A stretch of 63,873 nucleotides of DNA, counting the filler, from Chiloscyllium plagiosum (lineage: Eukaryota): NCBI RefSeq assembly GCF_004010195.1. It is 5 parts of 5 records of this genome, joined end to end, with 100 filler letters (N's around TTAATTAATTAA, not from the genome) between each part and the next. Parts side by side here need not be neighbours in the genome. Positions count along the whole stretch, not along the records: positions 1 to 30,419 come from NC_057750.1; positions 30,520 to 59,500 come from NC_057748.1; 3 more parts are not named here. One strand, 5' to 3'. Each line of letters starts with the position of its first letter. Positions within the stretch are counted from its first letter, which is position 1. The notes under the pieces were generated by a model. It saw only the letters and a list, made by a program, of their open reading frames with translations, searched no databases and was not told where the DNA came from. Below, piece by piece: positions 24,221 through 38,247 of the stretch. The translations under genes were made by a program, and so were the position numbers.

Positions 24221-27124
24221 AGCTACAGTCAAGTTGCTCTCTGTTTGGAGGTGCATTGCCTGAGATAGTGCTGTCTCTTCTCTTTTTGAGTGATAAGAAT
24301 CATGAATGCCTACCACCTGCCACCTCCATGGAAAAAACTCGGTAAAAACAATGACTGCAGATGCTGGCAACCAGATTTTGGATTAGTGGTGCTGGAAGAG
24401 CACAGCAGTTCAGTCAGCACCTGAGGAGCAGCAAAATCTGGAAGGGCTTTTGCCTGAAACGTCGATTTTGCTGCTCCTCGGATGCTGCCTGAACTGCTGT
24501 GATGCTGCCTGAACTGCTGTGCTCTTCCAGCATCACTAATCCAAAACCTCCATGGAAAGCAATGCAGCTGCTGGGGATGCTTTGAAGTCATTAACACATT
24601 TCTTCAGCTAAATATCCATTTTTTTTTATACAAACATGCTTCTTATTTTCATTTTTTTTCCATATAATCAGTTTTTTCCATCCATTTTGGTTTTCATAAC
24701 TTTACTTATTGATTCTTTTGTTCCTTTATTAAATGTCTTTTGCAAAATCACATTTGCCCCTTCTGCCTGCTTTGCTTCTATCAACTCTTTGCCCATTATT
24801 TTCTATCCTATTCTTTCTCTTTACTTTTTATCTATTTTTTCTTCCCTGGTTGTTTGCCTTTCTGACAGCTTTCCTTTCATGTCTTCAGTCCATTACATTT
24901 CCTCCTATGGCCTCCTTTTCCCACTTTTCTCATTGATTTATTTTTTTGTTCCCTTGCGTTTAAATAATTTCAAACTGGTATTCCTCCTCACTTCTTTTCT
25001 CACCAAGGCCTCATATTTGTTTCTTCACTTCCATCTTATCAAAAAAAAACTCATCATTGCCTTTATTTTCACCCTGCTTTCATCTCAGGATGAACGCACA
25101 TTTTAAATTATGGTTTCTATTGCTACTTAATTATCACATTATCAGATTTGCTGTGTATAAGAGAGAAAGAAAATGAGACACTGAGAATGGGAGGAAACAA
25201 TAGAAAGATGGGACAGAGAGAAAGAGAAAGAAGACAACAAGAGTTTGGAAACTAGGTAGATAGAGTGATCAGTTGGCAGACAAATAGACACATGAGTAAA
25301 TCAGGAGAAAGATAGATGGATAGATAGATAAAGTTTGGTACTGAAACTTGCAATGCAATAGTAGGAAATACAGGCTGTCTGCAAAAGAGCAAGGATTTAA
25401 CAATGAATTACAATATCAGGGTATGGAAATGCAAACACCTATAGATCTATTCAATTAGTAGTAAGTCCTGAATACATATTAGGGGTTTCATCTGGCACTG
25501 GTTTATCATCAATGTATTTTATTTGCTTTATGTAAATAAATCTGTATAACTCTGTGAAAAAAAAGGAACATAAATTTTGACTGTTATTCTGACGCTGCCT
25601 GAAAGGATAATATTTTGTGCTGAGTTTTGATGTTCATGCAAAGGATTATTTTGCCATCTGTGTCAAATGACCATGGTTTTTCCATTAATTCTTGATTTAA
25701 GTTTCATATAGAGACTACAGAAACTGCTGTTCAGTTATTCAGAGCAAATAAATCTACAGTGAAATTCCCCAGCTGGTACAAATGTAAGGTGCGGGGGTTA
25801 GGTGGCAAGGAAATATCATTTATCTGCCATGATGAGAAACCTGAAGTTCTTATCAGAGTGTAGAAAACTAAGCTGCCTTTTATCAAATGGTACTGGGATG
25901 ATGGGAATATCACATCGTGGTTACTCAGCTTTCGGCTCTACACATTAGGAAGGTCTTCAGTGCCTTAGCAATGATATAAAAGGCATTTGCAAGAATGGTA
26001 CCAGCATGGATGGACTTCCAGTTGCTGGATGGATTAGAAAAGCAGTGATTATTTGGTGAGTGTGGCAAAGTTAAGGAGTTAAGATGGAGAAATGTGAGAG
26101 AGCTACTAAACATAAGAGTGGACTTGATAGCGAGACTAGAGAGAAGCTGCTTCCTTGGAAGTGAGGTCAGTCAAAATATGACACGGATTTCAGACAAAGG
26201 AGCTGGAGGAACCTTTTTGTGAAAGGGTTTTTGAAATTGAAAAATAATTTTGAAAATTTAATTTGACATGTATATGCTGAGCACGGAACAATTTGCGAGT
26301 TGAATAGATCTCTCTTAGGATGGACTTCATTCTGTACTGTATCATTTGATGACTGTAGTTGTGAATTTGGGAAATAACAAATGAATGCTTGCTTCTCACC
26401 TAAGCATGAGCAAATGATTGCCAGAATTTCTATTATTATGGCTGTACTAACTGTGATATTGATATTAATGAGCAATCATATGAAGTGATACATACTGTGC
26501 GCAAGTACATATCAAGTTAATTTCCTTACTGAGTTGCTGGGTTTCCAAGCTGTCACCCAATTGCCCTAGCATGTGATCACAGGACCATTCAGTCCTTTGA
26601 GCATCTACTGCCATTTGAGAGCATTGTAGTGTGATTCCAACTAAGTTCAAACCGGCAAATATTGTCATTAAAATATTTTAAATATTTTCAAATTACTGTG
26701 CAGCCTCAAGAATGTACTGGGCAAGTCAAATTCCACTGCTGTTTGTGTGAAGAAGTTGGTCATAACATCATCTGGGATGACCCTATCTCATTTTAATGAT
26801 GTTTGGTTTTATTCAATAAGCCGCCCTGAAAAATTAATTGTTTTCTGTTTAACTTCCAAATCATCTGATCAATATGAAGTCTTATCATCTCAAAGAAATG
26901 TAATGCCACAAAAGAAAGCATTAGGAACATAATTGTCTGAGCTCCTGACCATATGATTCTAAATACTCTCTTATAGAAGAGAAAACACGTCCAGCCTCTT
27001 AATGTGACAGAATGGTTACAACACAGAAGTAGACCATTCTGCCCCTGAGTCAATGCCGGCTGTATATAGGAATAATTCAGCAAGTCCCAGTTTTCTATCT
27101 ACGCATCATTTCAATTAGTTAGCT

Positions 27125-27400
27125 TGAACACCTGCAAATCTGTCTGTACTCTTCAGTTTTAATGCTCATCTGGAAACGTTTAATAAAATGCAGCAACATT
27201 ATCAAATTACACAGAAAGCAAAAACAGAACGCAAACAAGCAGGATGTGTGGTTATCAAAGTACAGCTGCAATGTTTTCAATAGGTCAACAGGTGCAAAAT
27301 GTGCAGAACGTCAGCCTGGTGTGTGAGTTTAACAATAAGTGAGTTAGAACATCAAACGCTGATTACAGAAGCAAACCCACAGCCGTTGTGTTTTTTCACC
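27125..27400. promoter_or_regulatory. Candidate TCR-beta 3' enhancer (E-beta-like)
   Basis: CAGGATGTGTGGTTATCAAAGTACAGCTG at 27240-27268 contains overlapping ETS, RUNX, GATA, TCF/LEF and E-box motifs. Also CACCTG 27129, CAGGTG 27289, ACGTCA 27308. Confidence 0.6.
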
Positions 27401-27490
27401 AGAGAGAATGAGGCAGAACATTACCTTAAAGGGTAAGTTAGCAGAGTGATCATTTGACTAGGCTAGTAATCTAAACGTGTGAGCTAATAA

Positions 27491-28028
27491 TAGAGTCATA
27501 GAGTCATAGAGATGTACAGCACGAAACAGACACTTTGGTCAAACTTGTCCATGCTGACCAGATATCCCAACCCAATCTAGTTCCACCTGCCAGCACCAGG
27601 CCCATATCTTTCTAAACCCTTCCTATTCATATACCCATCAAGATGCCTTTTAAATGTTGCAATTGTACCAGCCTCCACCACTTCCTCGGGTAGCTCATTC
27701 CATACATGTACCACCCTCTGAGTGAAAAGGTTGTCGCTTCGGTCTCTTTTATATTTTTCCCCTCTCATCCTAAACCTATCCCCTCTAGTTCTGGACTCCC
27801 CCACCCCAGAGAAGAGACATTGTCTATTTATCATATCCATGCCACTCATGATTTTAGAAACCTCTATAAGATCACCCCAGCTTATTCAAACTCTCCCTGT
27901 AGGTCAAATCCTTCAACTCTGGCAACATCCTTGTAAAATTTTTCTGAACCCTTTCAAATTTTACAACATCTTTCTAATAGGATGGAGACCAGGACTGCAC
28001 ATAGTATTGCAAAAGTGGCCTAACCAAT
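27491..28028 (-). mobile_element. CR1-type LINE 3' fragment
   Basis: ORF 27577-27849(-) NLFTQRVVHVWNELPEEVVEAGTIATFKRHLD; (TATGACTC)n tail. Confidence 0.85.
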
Positions 28029-30419
28029 CTTGGGATATGAGATCAGAAGCTGTCATGACAGATAATTTAATCTGTGCATTGAATGCCAGTATTGATATTT
28101 TTAAAAAATAGTTTTAGAATGGGGCCATAGATCATTATAGAAATCCATTGGAATAGGGGGGATCATTTAGCCCCTCTCAGTGATTCCATCATTCATATCT
28201 GATCTGAAGCTTAACTCCTTGTATCCAGCTTTAGGCATTATCCCTTGAGACTTTCCTTAACAAAACATTATAAATCCCAAAATCTATTTTAACAACTGAT
28301 CCTGAATTTGTTGCTGTTTATCAAGATTGCCAAAATCTACTCCATTTCATGTGTAGATGTGCTTTCTAACATGTCTCCTGAATGATCTGGTCCTAATTCT
28401 CAGGCTATGATCCCTAGTTCTGGTATCCTCAAACAGTGGAAATATTTATCTTTATCTACCTTGTCTTTTCATGTCACTATCTTGAAGTCTTCGATCAAAT
28501 CATACCTCGACCTTCTAAATTCTACAGAAAAGTAATTAATGCTTCACGAATGTCCCTAAAGCATGGTACTGGATTAGTGGTGCTGGAAGAGCACAGCAGT
28601 TCAGGCAGCATCCAAGGAGCAGCGAAATCGACGTTTCGGGCAAAAGCCCTTCTTCGCTGCTCCTTGGATGCTGCCTGAACTGCTGTGCTCTTCCAGCACC
28701 ACTAATCCAGAATCTGGTTTCCAGCATCTGCAGTCATTGGTTTTACCTCCTAAAGCATGGTAACTTGCTGGTCTTAAATGATCTGGTCTATGAGTCCATA
28801 CTCACTATGTAGTTGCTTTCAAGAATGATATAGAAAGCCACAAAACTGTCAGGAAGATCTGTAACTAGCGCACATTGTCTGGCTCAGGAAAGTAGATCAT
28901 AATTGTCTTTACAAGAACAATAGAATTGACAATAAATTCAGTATTTTCCACATGCTTGCATAGTGAATGAAAATTAAAGGGCTTACTCAAACCATGAGTA
29001 CCTAAACATGTGTGTATCTAGTATCCCGCCTCTCGACTTCCCACTAAGACAAAAGGTGCTGTATGTTTCCATCATTCCCCTCAATGATCTGTGTTTAAAT
29101 ACTCATTTGAGTGACCAATCTACAATTACTTTAACGTGCTGTCAACCATCCATATCCGTCATTAATATCTGTGCTGTCTCCTGCATTACTAAATCCTGAA
29201 CTTACATAGCATGCTAATGTATCTGTCATATTATTTCTTCCAGAAAGATTCATCCTTTGCATATTTTGACCTATTTTTGGTTGCCCCTTTGTCCTTGAAC
29301 TCTAATGTGTTTCCTACATTTTGCTTGGTTGCTGACTTACTTTCTACCCTCTATAAACTTGATCTTACACCAAAGACTGTCACCTAAGTCTCAACTCATA
29401 TCGGGTCACATTCTCCTATCCATAGGTACTCACTGACATACATGACCTTTTCATATATCAGCATCTTGTTTTGAAAAACTTTGGACTTGTTTTAAAATAT
29501 TTGAAATGCTCCCTGAATCTGCAAATTGCTCCAAATCCACAAACCCCTGAGATACTCGTATTCTTCAATTCACCTAACTGTGGTCTCTTGGGCTACTCAA
29601 TTAACTCTTTCCACTGCCTCTCCACTGCTCCCCACACCTGGATGTTATTTCCTCATTGAAATTATTCCTTTAACCTGCTTGACCAATCTTTTGATCTTTT
29701 GACCTGTTATCAATTTATGTGACTAATTTAACATTTTTAATGGAAATGTGAAAGGTATGTGGGTTTATTAATAATTCTACATAAGTTCTTAAATTGTTTG
29801 TTTATGCCTGTACGCCTTGCATTGGAAGGGGGTCAGTTAGCTCAGTTGGTAGGTTTACATTTACCTTCAATATTTTGTGGTTCCACTGCTTTCTGGCATA
29901 TTTCAGCTCCTGTATCTACTGTGAACTTCCAGCAGCTGCTGATTTCTCATTTTGAAACTCTTATCAAGTAAATTTTGCCTATGATTTCTTAAAGATTTAG
30001 GTCCTACGTCTGCTATGTGTTTCCCATTTTGTGAGCTTATTCCTGCCTTTGCTGTGCATTTTCCCCAGTTCTTGCATTCACATTGTAAATATCCCTCAAA
30101 TGGGGTGCTGAATTACATAGGTTTATAAAAAAGAACAACTGGTGGAAGGTTTGGTTTATCACAATGCATAATTTGAATAAATCATTTACTATATTTACTA
30201 TACTTTGCAGACAGATGGGTGACAGTGAGGGGGACTGGGAGGAAGCAGCCAGAGCAGGGATCCCCTGCGGCCATTCCCCTCAAGAACAAGTATACCGTTT
30301 TGGATACTTGTGGGGGGGGACGACTTACCAGGGGTAAATAATGGGGCTCAGGCCTCTGGCACGAAGCCTGTCCCTGTTGCTCAGAAGGGAAGGGTGGAGA
30401 AGAGCAGAGCAATAGTAAT

Positions 30420-30519
30420 NNNNNNNNNNNNNNNNNNNNNNNNNNNNNNNNNNNNNNNNNNNNTTAATTAATTAANNNNNNNNNNNNNNNNNNNNNNNNN
30501 NNNNNNNNNNNNNNNNNNN
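30420..30519. other. Artificial scaffold join (N44-TTAATTAATTAA-N44)
   Basis: Exactly 100 nt with a six-frame-stop spacer; identical to three later joins. Confidence 0.97.
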
Positions 30520-32899
30520 AGACTATTTTCATTGGAGAAAAGGAGGAGGAGTGGGGAGCTAATTGAGGTATACAAGATAATGAGAGGCATAGATAGAGTC
30601 GATAGCCAGAGAATATTTCCCAGGGCAGAAATGGCTAACACGAGGGGTCATAGTTTTAAGCTGGTTGGAGGAAAGTATAAGGGGATGTCAGAGGCGGGTT
30701 CTTTACACAGAGAGTTGAGAGAGCATGGAATGAATTGCCAGCATCAGTTGTGGAAGCGAGGTCATTGGGGATATTTAAGAGACTGCTGGACATGCATATG
30801 GTCACAGAAATTTGAGGGTGCATACATGAGGATCAATGGTCAGCACAACATAGTGGGCTGAAGGGCCTGTTCTGTGCTGTACTGTTCTATGTTTTAGATG
30901 AGGAGGAATCTTTTCAGCTGGAGGTAATGAATCTGTGGAATTGATTGCCACAGAGGCCTGAGGAGGACAAGTCAATGATTGTCTTTAAGACAGAGATAGA
31001 CAGACTCTTGCTTAGTAAGGAGTTCAAGGGTTATGGTGAGAAGGCAGGAGATTTGGGTTGAGAAACATATCATGATCAATGGCAGAGCAGATTTGATGGG
31101 CCAAATAGCCTAATTCTGCTCTTATATCTTATGGTCTTGTGGATTTACCAGGAATGTTAATCTCCACTCAGATATCTGTCAAGAAATTTTGATAAAATTA
31201 TGCCTGCAGAACTCATCTCAGTAAACAGTTAACCATGGCTTTGACCTGGCTGTTTGACATGTCAATTTTATTGATGACAGAAGACACTAAACATTTATAA
31301 TGATAAATTGCTAACTAGCTGTTGTTCCAAGACGAATGTCAAAAACAGGATAGTCAGTTAATTACTAAGGCAGATATTATTGACTAATTTGTTTCCATGA
31401 ACCTGTAATGTACAAATTAGAGGCTACATTGTTGTTAGATAGGCCAATGGACTAGATATAAAGTGTTATCCATTAGGTATAAAGCAAGGTCTTGGGGTGT
31501 GGTGTTCCCGTCTCTTAACCAGAATATCTGGGTTTGATATTCCAAGATCTGAGGCCATGTAACATTAGTTCATAATATGGCCAAAATGTTTGTCTATCAT
31601 GCTGGCAATCCTTCCAACACACACCAATGGCAGGCAGTGAGAGTGGGAGAGATTCCTGGTCAGTTAAGAGATAAGAACATTATTGGAGTTTCTACCCTCA
31701 CTGACCATAGCTCCAAGCTATAAGGTATGTGTAAAAGTGTGTGTTACTGCATTATGGATGGACAATAACACACCACGTCCCAACATGGAAAGTACCTTGC
31801 AACCGTGGCAAGTGCTTTATAAACAGACTGATGCTGCAAGTCATTACTTCCTTACCTCACTAGTAATTGCACTCCTATTTGATGTCACTTGGTTCCTGGT
31901 CAATGCGAGAGCCCAACCTGATAGATTAAAATAAGAAGAATTTGTAAGAGAGAGAAAGGGGATTTTGTTTAAAAAAAAATGCAACTTGCATGTGGCCTTA
32001 GGACAAGGTCAAAGTACTGCTGATTCAGGAAATTTGAAATACGAACAGGAAATGCCTGAAATACTCAGGTCAAATGACATTCTGTAGAGAGAGGAACAGA
32101 GTTAACAATTCAGATAGACTTTTCCTTGAAACATCGATTCTTCTGCTCCTCGGATACTGCCTGACCTGCTGTGCTTTTCCAGCACCACACTTGACTCTAA
32201 TCTCCAGCATTTGCAGCCCTCACTTTCGGCTAATTCAGATTGATAACCTATGTTCGGAACTAGACGATGTTTGAGATGAAACAAGAAAAGCACCAGGTAC
32301 AAAAAGCAGGTGTGGCACAGAGAGAAACAACAAGGTCTAGAATAGGGTAGAGCAAGCAGGATCAATGCTAAGATGGTGTGAGACATAAGCAAGTGATAAG
32401 GTAGGGCTAAAATAAAAAATTATTCTGGAAATGGTAACAAATGGTTTGAATGAAATTGCAGCAATATTTCACCTCTTGTTCTGAAAGACTTACGACTCAC
32501 TGGGGACTTTTGACCAAAAGAAAAGTTGGTTTAAGTCTTAAAACACAAACCCTTGACCTCCCACATGGTCACTACTGTCTTAAACTTCGAATGGATGGTG
32601 GGCAGGCTACCACATTCAAGGAGGAGAGTTGGCACTTAAAATACAATTATTAAGTGGGAGGCTGCATGGTCACTTACCTTTTAACTCCAATTCTGATCCC
32701 AACTGAGCACAACTAAACTCCAAGTGAGGACTCAGTGGACCAGGAGCTGAGTGATTTTAATCTGAACTTCTGAAGTCATTTACGGTCATTTAAAATTGGG
32801 TTAACCACACGTTGTGGTTGACAGTAATTTACAAATACCATTCTTATGTGATAAACCCATCTTCAGTTGTATTAGTCAGAGAAGGTGGCACTCTTAAAT

Positions 32900-35500
32900 T
32901 GGAATATTTTTGAAACACATTTTGTCAAAGTTTTTCATCTTGCATTCGTCAAGATATTCACAAGAAATACCAAAACAAAGGGCAATAAAATTTTCCAAGA
33001 AGACAATGCTGAATGATTGGCCAGTGGACACTGACTGGTAGAGGCATTTCCATAGAGAATATATCAGTTAATGGTAACTCACAGTTAAACTACTAAGCTT
33101 TGTTTAAATTTAAACCAAGCAAGTTGACTATGACTGGTCATAACATTGTCATAGGAATGAACCAGTGAATGGCTGTTGCCTATTGTGTTAAAGTCAAAGA
33201 GACACAGTCTCTGTACATATTCAAGAATCGGCGCCTTGCTATAACTCACTCATAGTACATGCAAATGCACCTCATTATAGCTGCAGCTGCATGCAAAAAT
33301 CTCTTTGCATGTCTCAACGGTCTCCTTTCTGCATTCGAATTGCTTTGCAGAAGTCAAATGAGCTGCCTTTCCATGACGTGCAAATTGAGAAATCTGCTGG
33401 TGTTTCTTTATTGCTGGGTAACAGGTCTATCTTCATGGGCCAGCACGTGTTAAAATTCCTACAGTTCTACATGCTATAAAATTGGCCTTATTAGTGTTGT
33501 GGTTCTGTTCGCCGAGCTGGGAATTTCTGTTGCAGACGTTTCGTCCCCTGTCTAGGTGACATCCTCAGTGCTTGGGAGCCTCCTGTGAAGCGCTTCTGTG
33601 ATCTTTCCTCCGGCATTTGTAGTGGTTTGAATCTGCCGCTTCCGATTGTCAGTTCCAGCTGTCCCAAGCTCTGAGGATGTCATTGAGACAGGGGATGAAA
33701 CGTCTGCAACACAAATTCCCAGCTCGGCGAACAGAACCACAACAACGAGCACCCGAGCTACAAATCTTCTCACAAACTTTGGCCTTATCAGTAATCTTGG
33801 AAATAGAAAATGAGCCATTTGTTCACCATGTAAGCTTAATGCTGAAAAAGGCACATGTTCTGGGATTAAAGTCTACCCTGATCTGATCAATTTTCTCTAT
33901 ATATCATAAAAACACTTGAATCAGCCTAGGGCTGCAACTTTCAGTTCTGAAAGGACCCGAGGTAACCTTGGAAGGGTAAGATATCTCAAATCGTTGACCA
34001 ACAGGTGAAACTAACTGTTTCATGCTGCTAACTACATTCCTGCTAACTTCTCCAGCTGCTGTGCAGACCTCCATAGTCTCTGCATGGCAGTGGCTGGAAA
34101 TACCACAAGTTAATATGCTGGCATGCCATTTGGCAAGTGTGGGCTATTGGGAGCATCTGCTTGTGTGCGCACCTTTAAGAAGGATTGTTTGCTGCCACTA
34201 TGCAGTAGCAGCAAAAGTAGTGTTTGGCATTAACAAGAGGCTGCAATCAAGCAAACAAAACCATTCTGCCTACCACATAAACGAGTTACATGATGTAAGA
34301 TTCAGTGCCAATGTGATACTAGGTATATAGTCCATAAATCACAAAGATATTGGATTATATCAAACATCCTGTCCCTTCTACTGTTTGCAAGAGATAAGTT
34401 ACTGACCACACCCAACAAAACTCAAAAAACAGAAAGTTCAACATTAAACAAGGTTCAGTGATTCGACAATATTTGCTAAATAATTCTAAGTGTGCTATGA
34501 ATGACACTGGCAACCAAGTTAAGACTGCCAGTCAGCTCACAGTGTGACGCACATGTACATATTAAGACGCTATATACACTCATACATATATTCATACACA
34601 CGGCCCTGTTCTTTGCAAACAGGAAGAACACAATCACACATTGCACCTGTTTCAACTTTCATATGATCAGAATATCATTTTCTGGCTCATTATGTAAGGC
34701 AATGTCTTGACCAATCAAAGTGCCTGGTTGAAATTTAATCAAATCTTGGCAGCTAACTGTCAATTAATACCAGTTGATGCATTCTCCATGGCAAAGCCTT
34801 CACCAATTAGAGCCCACTTGCCCACCAATCAGCTCTTCTCATTCAGGACAAAATGTTGTTCCCCTTTGCGCTGGTATTTTTTTGTAACTGTCCTGATTGG
34901 TGTCGGATGAAACTTGGACAAAATGCGTTTTTTTCAAGCAATAATCAAGTTTGGTTCCACCAAATGACCCGGAAACATATCAGGGAACATTTTCACAAGC
35001 AAAATGTCTTGAAAAACATTACTTTTTGAACTGCTGAGCAATTTCAGCTGGCTCATGTCAGGTTTTATATCAACTGACTTGTAAACGTGCTGAACATAAC
35101 CTCTTTTTAAAGCCAATTCAACTGTGGTCTAAAAATAGCACCCGGCCTATTCCCAAACTGAAAACTCTACATCCAACGACGTACAAGTCATTCCTTTGTC
35201 TGCTTCCCAAAATGAAGCACATGGGGTAGGTCACTGTCCAGGAGTCTTGAGATTCTTAAAGATTTTGTCCCATGCTAACCAGAGTTCAGAGTCATCTTAA
35301 CCATGAAACCCAGAGCATACCTTTAGTCAATTTGAAAAACATTCTGGTATCATCAAGTTACTGACTACACAAAGCCAGTTTACACTTGCAATAATCAAAA
35401 AACAGAGTCCAACATTAAATAAGAGTTGGTGATTGGACAGTATTTGTTAACTAATTCGAAGTGTGCTATGAATTATGCTGGCAACCAATTTAAGATTTAA
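32900..35500 (+). mobile_element. Degenerate Penelope-like retroelement remnants (GIY-YIG region at ~34400-34630, repeated at ~35357-35497)
   Basis: Degenerate frames resembling the Penelope endonuclease C-terminus (QYLLNNSKCAMN..NQVK; GPVLCKQE). ~32910-33200 is a diverged inverted copy of ~34680-34935. Confidence 0.5.
33497..33779. mobile_element. Penelope-like pseudo-LTR inverted pair with hammerhead motifs at 33535-33568 (-) and 33671-33704 (+)
   Basis: Arms GTTGTGGTTCTGTTCGCCGAGCTGGGAATTT / AAATTCCCAGCTCGGCGAACAGAACCACAAC; core CTGAGGA...GAAACGTC. Confidence 0.75.
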
Positions 35501-35819
35501 GGAGCGCAATTAATATTAACTGTTTGGAAAATAGATCTAAACAGAATGAGAAAATGGCAGAAACTTGAGTCAACAGAGAAAGATGAGGCTCCAATGGCAT
35601 AGTGCAAAGACTTCAGTGGGACTGTGTAAATGCTCTCATGCACTCAGTAGTGTTCTACCAAGGATTCTTGGGCAAACTGCCTCCTTTCAGAAAGATCTGA
35701 TGGGATTTATCAGAAACCAGTTGCCAGGGCTTGTTACGATCGGCAAGTGGTTACTGCAATGGGTTTGAAATCTATTGTGTTCTTCTTGTACATCTCTGAA
35801 TCCCACTGACAATGCTTCT

Positions 35820-36690
35820 TATTATAGAATCAGTACATGTGGTGCATTTTCAAAAGGCTTTTGTTGAAGTCCCACATAAGGGGTTAGTGTGCAAGGATGT
35901 GGCATGTGGAATTGGGAATAATATATTAGCATGGACTGAGAATTGGTCAGCAAACAGGAAACAAGGAGCCCAAATAAATAACTCCTTTTCAAAGTGAAAT
36001 GCGAGTTCCACAGAGACCAGTATTAGAGCCCAGGTATTCACAAAATATATCAACAATTTGAATGAGGGAATTCTATGTAACACTTCCAAGTTTGCAGACA
36101 ACACAAAATTGGGTGGAGTTGTCAGCGGTGAGAAGGGAATAAAGTGGTTTCAAGGCAATTAAGACACATTCAGTAAGTCGGCAAATGTGTGCAGATGCAG
36201 CGTAACATGGATAATGAGACCAGACGTAGAGTATCATGTGCTCTTTTAGTCTCCATCTAAAAAAAAGCTATACTTGCTATTGAGGGAGTATAGCAAAGAT
36301 TCACTAGACTGATATCTGGGATGGCAGGATTGTCACATGAGGAGAGATTGGTTTGACCAAGCCTGTATTCACTAGAGTTTAAAAGAATGATAATGGATCT
36401 CATTGAAACATATAAAATTCCAACAGGTCTGGATAGATTGGAATTGGCTAGAAGTCTAAAACAAGGGATCATGGTTTCAGGGTACAGAATAGATTATTTT
36501 CTCATTAAGACAGTGGTGGATCTGTTGAATTCACAGCTTCCTTAGGTGTAAAGGCACTGGGCATATTTAAGGAATGGATAGATCAAAGGGAAGATGTGAG
36601 AATATGTTTTTGAGGCAGTGGATAGGGATATATCATGAAAATACTGAATGAAGGAACAGGCTCGAGGGGCCAAATGGTTTCTACTTACTA
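35820..36690 (+). mobile_element. Degenerate CR1-type LINE fragment
   Basis: HFQKAFVEVPHKGL, ILAWTENW and SKFADNTKLGG RT-like motifs. Confidence 0.75.
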
Positions 36691-37049
36691 TGTTTCTAAA
36701 CCTGACTCTGTTGAACCTCTCGTGCAATTCCAGCGATCTCAATCTATTTAAAATGTTACAACAGATGTTCCCATTGTCTCAGGCCTCTGCATAATGTAGA
36801 AGCTGACGTCCTCAACTTTGAAATAGTAATAATGGATTCACCCTGACACGGAGAACATTCCGGCAGCACCCGAAATGTCATACAAGCTTGCATGCTGTTA
36901 CACAAAGTGGGAGCAGCAGAGATTTAGAGAGGCATTTATAAGTCCATCTCGAGTCCCCTTGGCGAGGTGGGACAGCAGCCCTGCTGGTTACATTTGAGTC
37001 TGGATGGGGACAAGCTTTAATTAAGCAAATTGCTGGGAAAGCTCAGCAG

Positions 37050-37372
37050 GGGGCAGCACGGTGGCTCAGTGGTTAGCACTGCTGCCTCACAGCTCCAGGG
37101 ACCTGGGTTCAATTCCAGCCATGGGCGACGTCTGTGTGGAGTTTGCACATTCTCCCTGTGTCTGCGTAGGTTTCCTCTGAATGCTCCGGTTTTCTCCCAC
37201 AGTCCAAAGATGTGCAGGTTAGGTGAATTAGCCATGCTAAGTTTGCCATAGTGTTAGGTGCATTAGTCAGGGGTACATATGGGGAATGAGTCTGGGTGGG
37301 TTACTCTTCGGAGGGTCGGTATGCATTTGTTGGGCCGAAGAGCCTGTTTCCATACTGTAGATAATCTAATCA
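37050..37372 (+). mobile_element. tRNA-derived shark-type SINE
   Basis: GGGGCAGCACGGTGGCTCAGTGGTTAGCACTGCTGCC, B box GGTTCAATTCC, TCTAATC tail. Confidence 0.9.
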
Positions 37373-37597
37373 ATTAAGGCCTGCCATGGCATCCTTGGTG
37401 AGAAATCAGAGTTAAAGATTTTGGGTCCAGTGACCCTTCCTCAGAACTGGAGGACCCGAAAGTTAACTCTGATTTCTCTCCGCAGATGCTGCCGCAGATC
37501 TGCTGAGCTTTTCCAGCAGCTTGCTTCATTAAAACTGGCCCCAACCCGGGCTCAGTTGTAACCAGCTGGGCTCTAATTTCTGATTTGCTTTTAGTTA

Positions 37598-38000
37598 AAA
37601 TCACACAACACCAGGTTATAGTCCAACAGGTTTAATTGGAAGCACACTAGCTTTCGGAGCGCGTTCTATCATCAGGTGGTACCAATTAAACCTGTTGGAC
37701 TATAACCTGGTGTTGTGTGACTTTTAAACTTTGTACACCCCAGTCCAACACCGGCATCTCCAAATCCTGATTTGTTTTTGTTCTGGATGTAGGTTTGCTC
37801 GCTGAGCTGAAAGGTTCACTTTCAGACATTTCGTCACCCTACTAGGTAACATCTTCGGTGAGCCTCTGGACGAAGCCCTTCAGCCCACTAAAGGTGTTAC
37901 CTAGGACGGTGACGAAACGTCTGAAAATGAACCCTCCAGCTCAGCGAGCAAACTTACATCCAGAACCTCAACCTGAGCGACAAATCTTCTCAAAACTCGC
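37598..38000. mobile_element. Two adjacent Penelope-like inverted fragments (hairpins)
   Basis: CACACAACACCAGGTTATAGTCCAACAGGTTTAATTGG and its reverse complement (37602-37719); GTTCTGGATGTAGGTTTGCTCGCTGAGCTG and its near reverse complement (37780-37966). Confidence 0.75.
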
Positions 38001-38247
38001 TCTGATTTCTTTTTTGTTTCTAAATCCGCAGCTCTTTAGGTTTAATGAAGCAAGGCTAGAGGCTGGGAAGTAGAGTTTGTAGGGGGCAAGACCAATTCTC
38101 AGCTGCTTCCAGAAAGCACTGCACATTATAATGAATGGAAGAGTCACAAACCCTGGCGCCAATGGACGGGTTGGGCCCGTTTCCATGCTCCCTAAATCTG
38201 GATGTAACTTGATCTGCTTTATTTTCAAAACGGCAAGGCTTACTCAC

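Noticed and set aside
24636-25106. 156-aa hydrophobic ORF resembling a membrane protein
   Set aside because: T/C-rich low-complexity sequence that avoids stops; no family motif or exon structure.
30464-30475. TTAATTAATTAA palindrome recurring four times
   Set aside because: Always centred in 100-nt N gaps, so it is an assembly spacer rather than biology.
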